Shown piece after piece: positions 1 to 12,882 of a stretch of 64,000 nucleotides of DNA. The position numbers and the translations under genes are program-made. This stretch comes from Paragordius varius. Lineage: Eukaryota > Animalia > Nematomorpha. How positions within the stretch are numbered: the first letter of the stretch is position 1; each line of letters begins with the position of its first letter. The notes beneath the pieces are model-generated. The model saw nothing but the letters and a program-made list of their open reading frames with translations, ran no database searches and was not told the DNA's origin. The stretch lies in the NCBI GenBank assembly GCA_964247055.1, contig OZ176055.1, forward strand, positions 1,550,001 to 1,614,000. Direction: 5' to 3'.

Positions 1-3000
1 AACCCTCATAATTTTCTGATAAAATAAATAATTATTTTTTGTACTTGATATATGTCGTCATCGCTCATATCTTTAATATCCTAAAAACATTACTATAAAA
101 GAACTATACCTTTTCCCAATCAACGCTAAAATTGCACGTCATATTATTAACGGGAGTTGATTTGTTAACCTAAAATATTTTATCATAGAAATAAAATTTA
201 ATAAAACATACATAAAGTTAAAAATGGGTATCCCTTTATAAAAGAATCGATGGTAGATTTTTAAAATACGTGATATATTGGACTAAATGATTTAATAAAA
301 GAGGTTTACTCATTCTGTTTTAACTACACCTTAGCCTTTTGTTTCGTGTTAACGGACATCCTTATTAAAGCACTATCAAAAAACAACAAAATATATATAT
401 TTGCTAAATTCCATAGGCTAAGAGCTTATAATTAACATTGAATTGATCACCAAGTATCACAAAATTCATTTTTTCTGGTGTTGGCCAAAACACAGCATTT
501 TTGCCGGACGATACGCTTTTTGCTACATGCTAAGCTTATATTGTTTTAAGTTAATCATGTGTTAAATATTTCGATTCCTTCCGATAAATGAAAAATAACG
601 CTTTGAAAAACTCGTAAAATGAGCCTGTACGGTAAAATGTATCTATATTATTATTACCTAAACAAATATTTCATTTGCGCTTCAAAGAATGTCTTTAAAC
701 ACTACAAGTTGGCCCTTTAAAATTCATGTTGGTACTTAAATTTTATTTTTTCATTTAAAATTAACATTTTTTATATAAAACAACCAACTTCTTTTGTTTC
801 GAATATCGATTCCACGCATTAACCTAATAATGTTACTAATCAAAAATTGCAATTTATAATCCAGACTTGAATAATTTTTAATTCCGTGCGATAATTTTAC
901 CGAAATTTAAATATTTTTAAAAAATAAATAAAATACGGTTTTTATATAAAAAAGCTAATATAGAAATTTTTAAATTTTGGTTAAATAAATATATTAGATA
1001 AAACATATTATTCTAATATCATACATAGTTTAATTAATAAATGTTAAAAAACAAAATAAATAGGTTAATTCTGGAAGTTCTCAAGAAAAAGCTTAATTTG
1101 TTTTCAACTGGTAATGTTCAAGGACCAAATCAAAATGTTATAAAGGAATCTTGAAGGGCAAATGGAATATATGACTATCTAGAGTTGTATCTGGGGTTCC
1201 AAACATATTTTTTATAAATACATTAAAGAATATGGCGGTACTCGAATTTCAAAGCTCGTTTCAAGGTATAATAATCGTTTTTATAATTTAGAACTTAAAA
1301 TATTTTAAAGCAGTGTAGCCCTATCAAAGTGTTCGCATAAAATAATATCCTGATATAATATTCATTAAAAAATTCTATCAGGGTTATGTTGGTGCTTTTT
1401 TGGCCCTAACTAGTGGAAAACTATTTACACTTTTGTTGTAACTTCTACATATCAGAATATGTCATAATTTGCGCACATTTAAAATTTTTTCGTGAAAGCC
1501 AATGTTTTATTTTAAAAAAATATTACTAAAATATATCATAAAATAAGCAAATACTATTTTTACAAAATTTAATTTTAGATGCCAACTTTAAAAGTCCCAA
1601 ATTTAAAATGGGCTTATTATCTAAAAATGAAGGTGAAAAGGCGGAAATTTTGCGAGAAAGTTTTGTAATATATGCTAGATTAAGGCATAACAAAACATAT
1701 ATTTTAACAAATTGCTTATTTTCTTCAAAAATTTAATTTTTAGCAAAAAAAGCATACTTCATATTATTTTAAAGCATGCCTTTATTTTAAAAGAACTTGC
1801 ACTTTTAAGGCTAAATTTGAGATTTTTAGAGCACACATCTAAAAATTAAAATATTATAAAAATATATGCTTTTTATGTGGAGTTTTTGATATAATTGGTG
1901 ATACTTTTTGTAATGAAGGTTTTAGCTTTCGCCAAAAAATTTGTTTAACAAAATTTCCACGATTTTTGCCATTTTCTGATGTGGAGTGCTTACCAAAAGA
2001 TGCAATACTTTCCTAAATCTCTCGTAAGGGCTTAAACCAAAAGCACCATGATTATTTAGAATATATACATGATACATCAGGATATTTTTACCATGCCCCC
2101 CAATGTACGCATTATTTGGTATTAATTCTAAATTTTATCAACTCTATTCCAATTGTGATACTGCAAAATCATCAACAATAATTAACATCTGAAGTTGTGG
2201 CTGGTTGTCATAAAGAAATTATGACATCTGACTCTAAACTTCCTCTTCATTGAAAATTTTATAAGCATAAAGCTCGAAACAAACCACTTAAAAAGATTTA
2301 TATGACAAAATTATTTTCTTCATTCAGCGCCTCTAATTTGTTGGTAACAAACAAATTTAGAAATCATAAAAAAATTCAAATCGAATATAAAAACCTCATC
2401 CATATTCATATCCATATCCATGATCTCGAGAAATGTTTTGTAATTTTTTTCCAACTCGGACCAATTAGTATAATTTCCACCCATTGCAATATATAATTTT
2501 TGCAACATTTTAAATTCTTCTTCATACAATTCTGTTTCTTTGAGTTGCGTTATTCGTGTCATGGTAACGCCTTTAATAACAAGTGTTGGGTTTATTTTAG
2601 GTTTCACATCATTCAATTGTTGAACAGTGTAGTTAAAGACCATTGGAATCAACAAAGGATTATCCGACAAAATATTCAAAATAATTGCCGTAATATTTTT
2701 AGACTTGGACTTAGAGTCGGGATGGTTGTAACTTCGTGTACTTATCGTACCGTACTTTTTGAGAAATTTCCTTATATTCTTAATTGCCAAGGTATCGTTC
2801 TTACTTTTTGCGCTATCTTGGTAGGCCAAGCAAGACTCGTATAGTGTGTTGTAATTTTTCAGGTATGTATTGTTAATTGTCGGTTTCTTTTCTATTAAAT
2901 AAAAACATTTATTAACAGTCAGAAGTCATCCTCGTAAAATGACCCTCTTATGAGGATTTCAATATGTTCGCTCAGGCCGTTAATGGCCTTTTCTGATTTA

Positions 3001-3716
3001 AAATATAACAAAATTTTAAAGTTTCAAAAACTTGAGTGGATTTTCCCCCCAAAGAGGGTGGAGTGGTGTAGAAAAGAGAAGGCTACACTATAGTTTTTAT
3101 TAAAAAAATATAAAAATCCATGAAAACTTTTGTACGCCTACGTAGGGCTTACAAAAATAGAATTTGGATTGAGATGGATGTCATAATCCAATTTTTGTGA
3201 TGTAATATATAAGTACCTAATCTTTTGATGTATTCGTTATATCTTGAAGGAGATTGTCCAGGTACAATTTTCTGTAAAGCTTCGCATTTTTTCCCAAGGA
3301 TATGATTGCAACTCTCTTAATATATGCATGAAGATTACAGAAAAAATTGAAATCATACACACAAAATATAAAACAAAAGACAAATATTATTTTTAGAAAG
3401 ACAACCATACTTTTTTAAACTTCCTATATTAATTAAATGTAAATCAGCATTTAGGTAGGCTATTTTAATAAATCAATATTGTGTTTATATAGTTAATGTA
3501 GGAAAACGTTTCATAAAGTATGGTTGTCTTATCAAGAAAAAATATATATCGAATAGTTTTAACGTTTTGACTGTAAAATTTTAATTTTACTGTAATAATC
3601 GATGTAATAATATTCATACCATTTGCTTGTGATAGATTAATAGCAGTGCATAGACAGGTTTGAAAGATAGTGATAAAGAAGCTTAAAGCTAAAATTCCTT
3701 TGCAAAATGGGCCCAT
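1..3716 (-). CDS. Family AC copy 1 (5' half; runs off left edge): secreted, diverged M13/neprilysin-like protein
   Basis: Exon 1 3620-3716 (MGPFCKGILALSFFITIFQTCLCTAINLSQAN, signal-peptide-like), exon 2 3217-3315 (ESCNHILGKKCEALQKIVPGQSPSRYNEYIKRL), exon 2395-2891 (EKKPTINNTYLKNYNTLYESCLAYQ...), all GT-AG and phase compatible. C-x7-C-x7-P and LYxSC match M13 N-terminal spacing. Small downstream exons at 1-700 match copy 2. Confidence 0.6.
1470..1990. repeat. Imperfect palindromic (MITE-like) intronic element; paralogue ~27230-27745
   Basis: aaaatttaattttagatg / catctaaaaattaaaatatt and cacat...cgtgaaa / ttccacg...atgtg inversions. Confidence 0.45.
3340..3600. repeat. Inverted-repeat (MITE-like) element in AC intron 1; relatives at ~5490-5720, ~29090-29350, ~53760-54240, ~62340-62600
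   Basis: gacaaccatactttt / aaagtatggttgtc inversion. Confidence 0.6.
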
Positions 3717-6098
3717 GTTTCTTTGTAATGAAATTTAAAAAAAAATATAAAATGAAGAAATAATAAATTTAGTGAATTTAAATAGATTTTTTTGGAGATG
3801 TTCTTTTTTTTCAAAAATGTAAATCAGTGTTGTATTTATTTTAATTTCTCAAAACAGGTAATAGCAAACTACCTTTTTAAGAATAAAACGCTTTTCTTAT
3901 AAATATATGAACATTTTATTATTATCGTATCACAATACCAAGAAAGTATAAATTTTGTTTGTTTTAGCAAAGGGCAGGCTCAATGTATAATAAAATAAAT
4001 GTAAAATTTTAAGATATATTTTAATTACGAAAAACATATATAAATTAGAGTTTTAATTAAATTTAACTATCCTTATGTGTATGATAGGTGTTTCTAATAA
4101 CATGAAGTCTAGACGTAATATACTTTTAACGAAAATATGTTTTCAATTATACAACATTAAAAGATATAGGAAATAGGTGTTGATATTTTGGAAAACACTT
4201 TATGAAACGGTTTATATAACGAAACAAATTAATATCTTTTAGCATTGCGATACGGCTTTTTACATAAATAGTTTCTATCAATTAGATATTTGACTGAATT
4301 TTTACTAAAATATAATATGACGAGTAAAACATGCGCGGTATTTCTTACCGATTCCTTGAGCTATGTGTGTGTATGCGTTTTAAAAACATTTTAAAAGACA
4401 ATGATCAATGAAAATAGAGTTAAAAAATGGGCCCATAGGCGAAAAGATAACTTACAAAGATTGCTCCGGTTATAGGATTTTTAATAAAATTTATAAGTTT
4501 AAATCGATTCCTTGTCAAAAGGCTTAAAAAGCAATCATTTTTTAAAATCTCTTACTTTATATATAATTAGATATATGATGGCATATAATTATTGAGAATA
4601 AAAATTTTACCATTGTACTAGTTGTGCCCTGTGACACATGACTTAAGCAAAACAATTGATAATAATTTCTGCCATAAATTGAAAAAAACTGAATTAAAAT
4701 ATTAGTAGACTATAAACATATACAGTAATCGGAATGTAATTTCATCTTTCTCAGGTTTTTGTCCAATATCTCTTTCATAATACTGGCCATTATATAATTG
4801 GTTAGATTCAATGTATTAAATTGTCTTAAGGCGTTATGGTATATTAGGGAGGGCATGGCACTTTTATGCGTGCCAGAGTTCAAACCTCTAAACTACGCAA
4901 TTTTTCCATCATCACTGTCAGCCCTGGGAGGCGAGTGTTATAAAACCTTCACATGTTCGGATACAATTTAAGTCCTTACCCTTTAATCTAAACTGTATAT
5001 TTTTTAATGTATAAAACCTTAAACTTTACCCATATATTTGGGGAGGCTCGGACGAGGGACTAATTTATAAAGTTGACTGGTATAAATTACCATATAAATA
5101 TAAAATATTTATTGTATCCCGACAGTTTTTCTGTAAATAGCTTTAAAACTTTGAATTAATATTTTTCTTAAAAGATAAATTAGTTAGGGACTATATTGGT
5201 GATGCCATATATACGTTTTAATTTATTTAAAAATGATAATATATACTCATGTTTATTCTCGATCACGTTTTATGTATTTAACTGACAAGTGCTGCAAATT
5301 ATTTTTGCGATTAAATGCTATTTTTGTTTTTGATGGTAAGGTAACCTCTGAAAAATCCAATTAGTAAAATTTATGTAATTTATTATGATTAAAAAGCTCT
5401 AATTAAAAATAAAATTGGTGCATAAATTTTGCTATATTCCTCTCTGTCAAACGTAACTTAGGCCTCACAGTAATTGAAATTTTACAGACAAAAAAACCGA
5501 CAGACAAATATTTTTTTATAATCAAACCATACTTTTTAAACCTTGATTTCTCGTTTATAATATTTAAAAATGTAAAAATAGACATTGTAAATAATTTTCA
5601 GCTCTATGTTATCTTTGCAATTTTAACAATGAGTTCTACATTAAATCTATAATAAAATAGTACAGCGATTTTTTGAAAAAAATATTTGTCCTTATGACTC
5701 ATTTTAATTTTGACTGTAATATAAAAAGTGTTTATGATTATCACAAATATATAATTTATTATCCCTCTAATATTGATTTATAGAAAGAAGAATTGTAATT
5801 TAAATTGTTTATAGCTATTACTAAAAGAAGCTATTTTTCCATTGTAAAAATATATCTAAAATAAAGAATATCAATTTGTTTTCTGTGATATAATTGTCAC
5901 TAAGATATAGTGTTATAGGGTTAGCAGTCATTTTTTATATAGGGCCAAATAAGTAATTAATGAGAGAACAGATATATTGGACTCAATCAACCACCTTTAA
6001 AATCTACTTTATCTGCTAAATTATTACCCATTATACCATTGAAACTATATTAAACACAAACACTCTTTTGAAATAAATAGCCATATTTGTTGGATTAA

Positions 6099-6675
6099 CA
6101 CTTGGATACAACACACTCATTTTAGTCCTTCGATTCAAATTGGGGTAGTTGGATACCCCAGGCCTGTTTAAATTGAATTCTTTAAAAAATATAGAAGGAA
6201 TCAAAACCATGGCAAAATTTTGCACTTATCTAACATTAATAAACCGAAATAAAAAAAATTTATTCAAAATACTTGATATTACTTATTTTAAGCTAAAATC
6301 GAAAGGTAAAAATTTCGTCAACGTGACATGTGTCAAATTGTAAAATTGAAATATTATACAAACTAAACCGTTTTTTCTATTTCTATCAATGTTAGATGTA
6401 ATTTATATAAAAAATTAGCTTTAGTTTTACCCTTAAAATTAGATAAAGACGATATTATGAAAAAATTTTGTAAAATAAAAATGGCGTCGAAATAGTTTGA
6501 GATGGAGCTTTTTTTTCAAAACAAAATTTTATCAAGATATTTTGGCATATTTATATAATATTTATCAGGATAGAAGCATAAATTTAAATTGGGACCGTTT
6601 GCTTCAGTAGTTTTTTAAAAATATTAATTTTAATTTAGTCTGGGGTATTTAGATACCCCAATTTGAATCGAAGTG
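6099..6675. mobile_element. TTAA-flanked MITE (piggyBac-like target)
   Basis: TTAA on both sides; inverted cttcgattcaaattggggta / taccccaatttgaatcgaag; absent from other array units. Confidence 0.8.
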
Positions 6676-9600
6676 TTAATAATAAAGTAAAAATCTGATT
6701 TTAGAAAAGAGTACATGATTGATATTCAAAGGAGTGATAAAAAAGTAACGATTAACTCGCCTTTTCTTATAAGTATTGTCTATCTATTATGGGCTTAGCT
6801 AAAATGGTATAAAGAAATATTTTATAAAGAAAATTCAAATTACATATAAATATATTTAGCTAAGGTATACTTGATTGATATATTTAAAAACAAATTAAAT
6901 TGAGATAAATTACATAAGTTATAAATTAATCGGAAACAACGTCAGCGTTTTAATTATTTCAATAAGATGTTAATATAATATATATTTTACAGGTAGTATC
7001 AATCTATTACCCAGACACGAAAATAAATAACATATATATATATATATATATCAATGAGCTGGCTAACTTTTTAAAACGAACGAAATAGATAATTGAATTG
7101 ATTACTCAAATAAATTTAATATATTATAATAAGTTTGATTATTTCTGAAGGTATTGGATAAGAGTTGTTTTAAATGTTTCTTTTATAGATTTTGCATAAC
7201 GATACTATAACATTGACGTCAAAAGGAGTTTGTTTAATCGAAAAAAATTAGGAATAAATTTGAATAAAAAATCGTTTGATATAAATTGATTTAGTTTTAT
7301 TCTAATTGAAGTAAAACAGTGCTAAAAATTAAAAGTAATTAAATATTTCGATATTCAATCGGATTTAAAAATAAAGTTTCTTTTATGGGTATTGGGTATA
7401 AATCAAGAGTATTTTATCAACTTTTATTGTTATAAAAATTTACGCAGTTAAATCAAATTAGAATTTTGAAGAGATTTTAAACAAGGATTCATTAATTTTT
7501 TGATGAGGTTAAAAAGCAAAAAGATTAAAATTTTTGAATTCGTTAAAAAACGCAAAAATCGAGAGTGTACAATCAATTTATAATATAAATAAATTTGGAA
7601 GTCTTTAAATTAAGGGAGGTCGCAAAATATTAAATTATTTATTTTTCGTATAAATTAGAATTAATAAAGGCTCTAGTCCCACATTTAAATCCACTAAATA
7701 GGGGATAGAGTGCTTTTTAAGACAAAAAATTAGCCAATTGCGCGATATACATTTTAATGTGCATAGCAATTAGATATTTTGGAAAAGAGCATACTTTCTT
7801 TAAAAGTCAATGATAACATTTTAATGGTAATTTATGAAATTCGAATGATGGAAACGTTAAATCTGAAATATTAAAATTAGTCAAAACCGAAGAACATTTT
7901 TTCCCTCGGTATTCAGTTCAAAAGATTTGGCCTTGAAATGAAAATAAACTTAATCAAAATATTGAGATAATAATTGGCGGCATCGAATACTTAAAAGAAT
8001 TAAAATCGTTTTACACCGTTTCCAACAAGTTATATGCAAAAAAATACGTGACTAATAAATAAAATTATTTATATAAATAAAATAAAAAAAAATATAATGT
8101 GTTTCAATTAAAAGAGGCAACTATCAAAAAGATTCCAAACGTTGAATATTAAAAATTGGAAAGATTTAACAACACTCGAAAATATAAAATGGTAAAATGG
8201 CAGCCATACAGAACTATCCATTACCTTTTTTGGGATTGTTTAACCAAAACCGCGGTTTTAAATGGCAAAAATATAATTTTATATTTTCCGTGTATATTTT
8301 CTTTCAAAGTGGCGCTCATTTTACATTGTAAAAGGGTATCTAAAATAAGGAATATCAATTTGTTTTCTGTAATATGATTGCCACTAAGATATAGTACTAA
8401 AATAGGGTCAACAGTCATTTTTTTATATAAAGCCAAATAAGTATTTAATAAGAGAACAGATATATTGGACTCAATCAATCACCTTAAAATCTGCTTTATA
8501 AATTTGCTTACCCATTATACCATTGAAACTATATTAAACACAAACACTCATTTTTGAAATAAACAGCCATGTAATGATAAAGTAAAAATCTGATTTTAGA
8601 AAAGAGTACATGTTGATATTCAAAGGAGTGATAAAAAAGTAACGATTAACTTGCTTTTTTTTATAAGTGTTGTCTATCAATCTTAAATTATGTTTCAAAA
8701 TGGTTGGGCTTAGCTATAATGGTATAAAGTATTTTAAGAAAATTTAAATTACATATAAATATATTTAGCTAAGGTATACTTGATAAACATATTCAAATTA
8801 AATTAAGATATATTACATAAATTATAAATTAATCGGAAACAACGTCAGCGTTTTCATTATTTCAATAAGATGTTAATATAATAATATATTTTACAGGTAA
8901 GTATCAATCTATTACCCAGACACGAAAATAAATAACAATATTAGCAATGAGCTAGCCAACTTTTTTAAAACGAACGAAATAGATAATTGAATTGATTACT
9001 CAAATAAATATAATATATTATAATAAGTTTGATTAATTCTGAAGGAGAAAATTATTAGATAAGAGTTGTTTTAAATGTTTCTTTTATAGATTTTGCCTAA
9101 CGATATTATAACATTGACGTCGCAAGGAGTTTGTTTAATCGAAAATTTTAAGAATAAATTAAACATCGTTTTAAAATAATAATTGAATTAGTTTTATTTT
9201 AATTGATAGCAAATCAGTGCTAAAAAATAGTAATTAAATTCGATATTCAATCGGAATATTTAAATAAAGTTTCTTTTATGGGTATTGGGTATGAATCAAG
9301 GAAAATTCATCAACTTTTATTGCGATTACAAAAATTTACGCATTATATCAAATTAAAATTTTGAAGAGATTTTAAACAAGGATTCAATAATTTTTTGATG
9401 AGGTTAAAAAGTAAAAAAATTAAAATTTTTGATTTCGTTAAAAAACGCAAAAATTGAGAGTGTGCAATCAATTTTTAGTATATCACAGATTCTAATTTTT
9501 TAGACAGAAAATACGTTTTTTATATAATTGAAGTCGCAAAATATTAAATTATTTTTTTTCGTATAAATTAGAAGTAATATAAGCTCTACTCACATTTAGA

Positions 9601-9695
9601 TCCACTAAATAAAGGGTACAGTGCTTTTTAAGACCAAAAATTAGTCAAGTGCGCCATATAAATTTCAATGTGCTTAAATATATAGCAATTAGATA

Positions 9696-10087
9696 TACCA
9701 TTTACAGTTCAAATTCACCCTTGAACAATTCAAATTCACCCTTGAACAATTCAAATTCACCCTTGAACAATTCAAATTCACCCTCGAACAATTCAAATTC
9801 ACCTAAAAATAAATTATGTGTTTTCGAACTAATATAACTCATTATTAATATAAAATATACCTTTATGGCATAATTAATTATTTTTTTCAGTATTATTTTA
9901 ATATAAAACAAAATTTTATTTTTTAAAAATATATTAAAATATAGGTAATTTTTAATCTTAAAAAACATGTTATTTATTTGAGGGTGAATTTGAATTGTTC
10001 GAGGGTGATGAATTGTTCAAGGGTGAATTTGAATTGTTCGAGGGTGAATTTGAATTGTTTAAGGGTGAATTTGAACTGTAAATGGTA
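9696..10087. mobile_element. MITE family 1 (TA-flanked, TIR TACCATTTACAGTTCAAATTCACCC, subterminal 21-bp tandem repeats)
   Basis: Perfect terminal inversion; 21-mer aattcaaattcacccttgaac repeated on both arms; insertion absent from other units. Confidence 0.9.
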
Positions 10088-12882
10088 TATTTTGGAAAAG
10101 AGCATACTTTCTTTAAAAGTCAATGATAAAGCATTTTAATGGTAATTTATGAAATTCAAATGATGGAAACGTTCAATCTGAAATATTAAAAACACATTTA
10201 ATCAAAACCGAAGAACATTTTTTACCTCGGTATTCAGTTTAAAAGAATTGGCCTTGTATAAATGAAAATAAACTTAATCAAAATATTGAGATAATTGGCG
10301 GCATCGAGTATTTAAAAGAATTAAAATCGTTTTACACCGTTTCCAACAAGTTATATGCTAAAAAAATACGCTTCAACAAAATTTGACTAATAAATAAAAT
10401 TATTTATATAAATAAAATAAAAAAAAAATATAATGTGATTCAATTAAAAGAGGCAACTATCAAAAAGATTCCAAACGTTGAATATTTTAAAAATTGGAAA
10501 GATTTATCAACACTCGAAAATATAAAATGTAAAATAGCAGACATCCAAAATCATTCATTACCTTTTTTTGGGATTGTTTAACCTGAACCGCGGTTTTAAA
10601 TGGCAAAAAATATGATATTTTATTTTTATATTTTCCGTGTATATTTTCTTTCTAGGATGTGGCAAAGCTCATTAAGGTATCTAAAATGAAGAATATCAAT
10701 TTGTTTTCTGTGATATAATTGCCACTAAGATATAGTGCTAAAATAGGGTTAACAGTCATTTTTTTATATAGGGCCAAATAAATAATTAATGAGAGAACAG
10801 ATATATTGGACTCAATCAACCACCTTTAAAATCTACTTTATCTGCTAAATTATTACCCATTATACCATTGAAACTATATTAACAAACACTCTTTTGAAAC
10901 AAACAGCCATATTTGTTGGATTAATGATCAAGTAAAAATCTGATTTTAGAAAAGAGTACATGATTGATATTGAAAGGAGTGATAAAAAAGTAACGATTAA
11001 CTCGCTTTTTCTTATAAGTGTTGTCTATCTATGGGCTTAGCTATAATGGTATAAAGAAATATTTTATAAAGAAAATTCAAATTATATAAATATATTCAGC
11101 TAAGGTATATTTGATAGATATATCTACAAACAAATTGAATTAAGGTAAATTACATAAGTTATAAATTAATCGGAAACAACGTCAGCGTTTTAATTATTTC
11201 GATAAGATGTTAATATAACAATATATTTTACAGATAATATCAATCTATAACCCAGTCACGAAAATAAATAACAATATATATATATATATATATATTTATT
11301 TAGCAATGAGCTAGCTAACTTTTTAAACGAACGTGATAGATAATTAAATTTTTAATTACTTAAATAAATATAATACATAATAAGTTTGATTATTTCTGAA
11401 GAAGAAAATTATTGGATAAGGGTTGTTTTAAATATTTCTTTACCTATAGATTTTGCATAACGATCCTATACTATAACATTGACGTCAAAAGCAGTTGGTT
11501 TAATCGAAAAAAATAGGAATAAATTTGAATAAAACATCATTTGAGATAAATTGATTTAGTTTTATTTTAATTGACGCAAAACAGTGCTAAAAATCAAAAG
11601 TAATTAAATATTTCGATATTCAATTGGAATATTTTAAAAATAAAGTTTCTTTTATGGGTATTGGGTATGAATCAAGAGTATTTTATCAACTTATATTGTG
11701 ATTACAAAAATTTACGCTGTTAAATCAAATTAGAATTTTGAAGAGATTTTAAACAAGGATTCATTAATTTTTTGATGAGGTTAAAAAGTAAAAAGATTAA
11801 AAACGCAAAAATCGAGAGTGTGCAATTAATTTATAATATAAATAAATTTATAAGTCATTAAATTAATTATTGAAAAATGGGAAGTCACAAAATATTAAAT
11901 TATTTTTTTTTCGTATAAATTATAAGTAATATAAGCTCTACACATTTGGATCTACTAAATAGGGGGTAGAGTGCTTTTTAAGACAAAAAATTAGCCAAGT
12001 GCGCGATATATAATTTTATGTGCTTTATGTAGCAATTATTTATTTTGGAAAAGACATACTTTATTTAAAAGTCAATGATAAAACATTTTAATGGTAATTT
12101 ATGAAATTCGAATGATGGAAACGTTAAATCTGAAATATTAAAAAAACATTTAGTCAAAACCGAAGAACATTTTTCACCTCGGTATTCAGTTTAAAAGGAT
12201 TGGCCTTGTATAGATGAAAATAAACTTAATCAAAATATTGAGATAATAATTGGCGGCATCGAATATTTAAAAGAATTAAAATCGTTTTACACCGTTTCCA
12301 AAAGTTATATGCTAAAAAAATACGCTTTAACAAAATTTGACTAATATATAAATTTATTTATAAAAATAAATTAAAAAATGTAACAATATAATGTGTTTCA
12401 ATTGAAGAAGGCAACTATCAAAAAGATTACAAACGTGGAATATTTTTGAAAATTGGAAAGATTAACACATAAAATGGTAAAATAGTAGACATCCAAAATC
12501 ATTCATTACCTATTTTTGGGATTGTTTAACCTGAACCGCGGTTTTAAACGGCAAAAATATGATATTTTATTTTTATATTTTCCGTGTTTATTTTCTAGAG
12601 AGTGGCGGCAAAAACTTTAAATAATTCGCCACTAAATACCAATGTTTAAAATATTTGACCGAAACTCCTAAATTTTTGTAATCGGAATTACCACCATTGG
12701 TCATGTATGAAAAAGAAACCACTAGGAATGACTTGCGACTGGAGGGTGAAACTCCCAACAAATGTTGGACTACAATAGATTTTGCTTTGCCCTCAAAAAT
12801 ACTATTTTATTTTTACGGTGATTTAATAATAATTTAAAGAAATAACTTGAAATGATTAGAATTATATTTGAAGTGTGTAGGC

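Larger units (their letters stand above)
5856..12600 (+). repeat. Tandem array of three ~1.9 kb units (internal segment of family B)
   Basis: Marker ctaaaat.a.gaatatcaatttg at ~5856, ~8340, ~10681; unit lengths are similar once the MITE insertions are subtracted. Confidence 0.9.

Noticed and set aside
2500-2844. Plus-strand ORFs 2500-2844 and 28257-28655
   Set aside because: Antisense shadows of the large AC exon.
8221-8478. Minus-strand ORF (IESNISVLLLNTYLALYKK...ENKLIFLIL) in the tandem unit that superficially resembled M13 motifs
   Set aside because: The plus strand gives M13 motifs in the correct order with splice donors and an unambiguous HGFD. Other units frameshift this ORF, so it is probably antisense coincidence.
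9702-9968. ORF with FELFKGE repeats and 21-bp repeats resembling a CRISPR array
   Set aside because: The repeats are contiguous with no spacers and are the subterminal repeats of a MITE.
10932-10949. 18-nt GT..AG segment that would remove an in-frame TAA in B units
   Set aside because: Shorter than any supported intron here and would delete a residue that fits the M13 motif. Many other stops remain, so decay is simpler.
12190-12197. Stop-codon reassignment (TAA aligning with CAA/GAA between paralogues)
   Set aside because: B also has frameshifts, traced AC exons are stop-free under the standard code, and C>T/G>T decay in AT-rich pseudogenes explains it.
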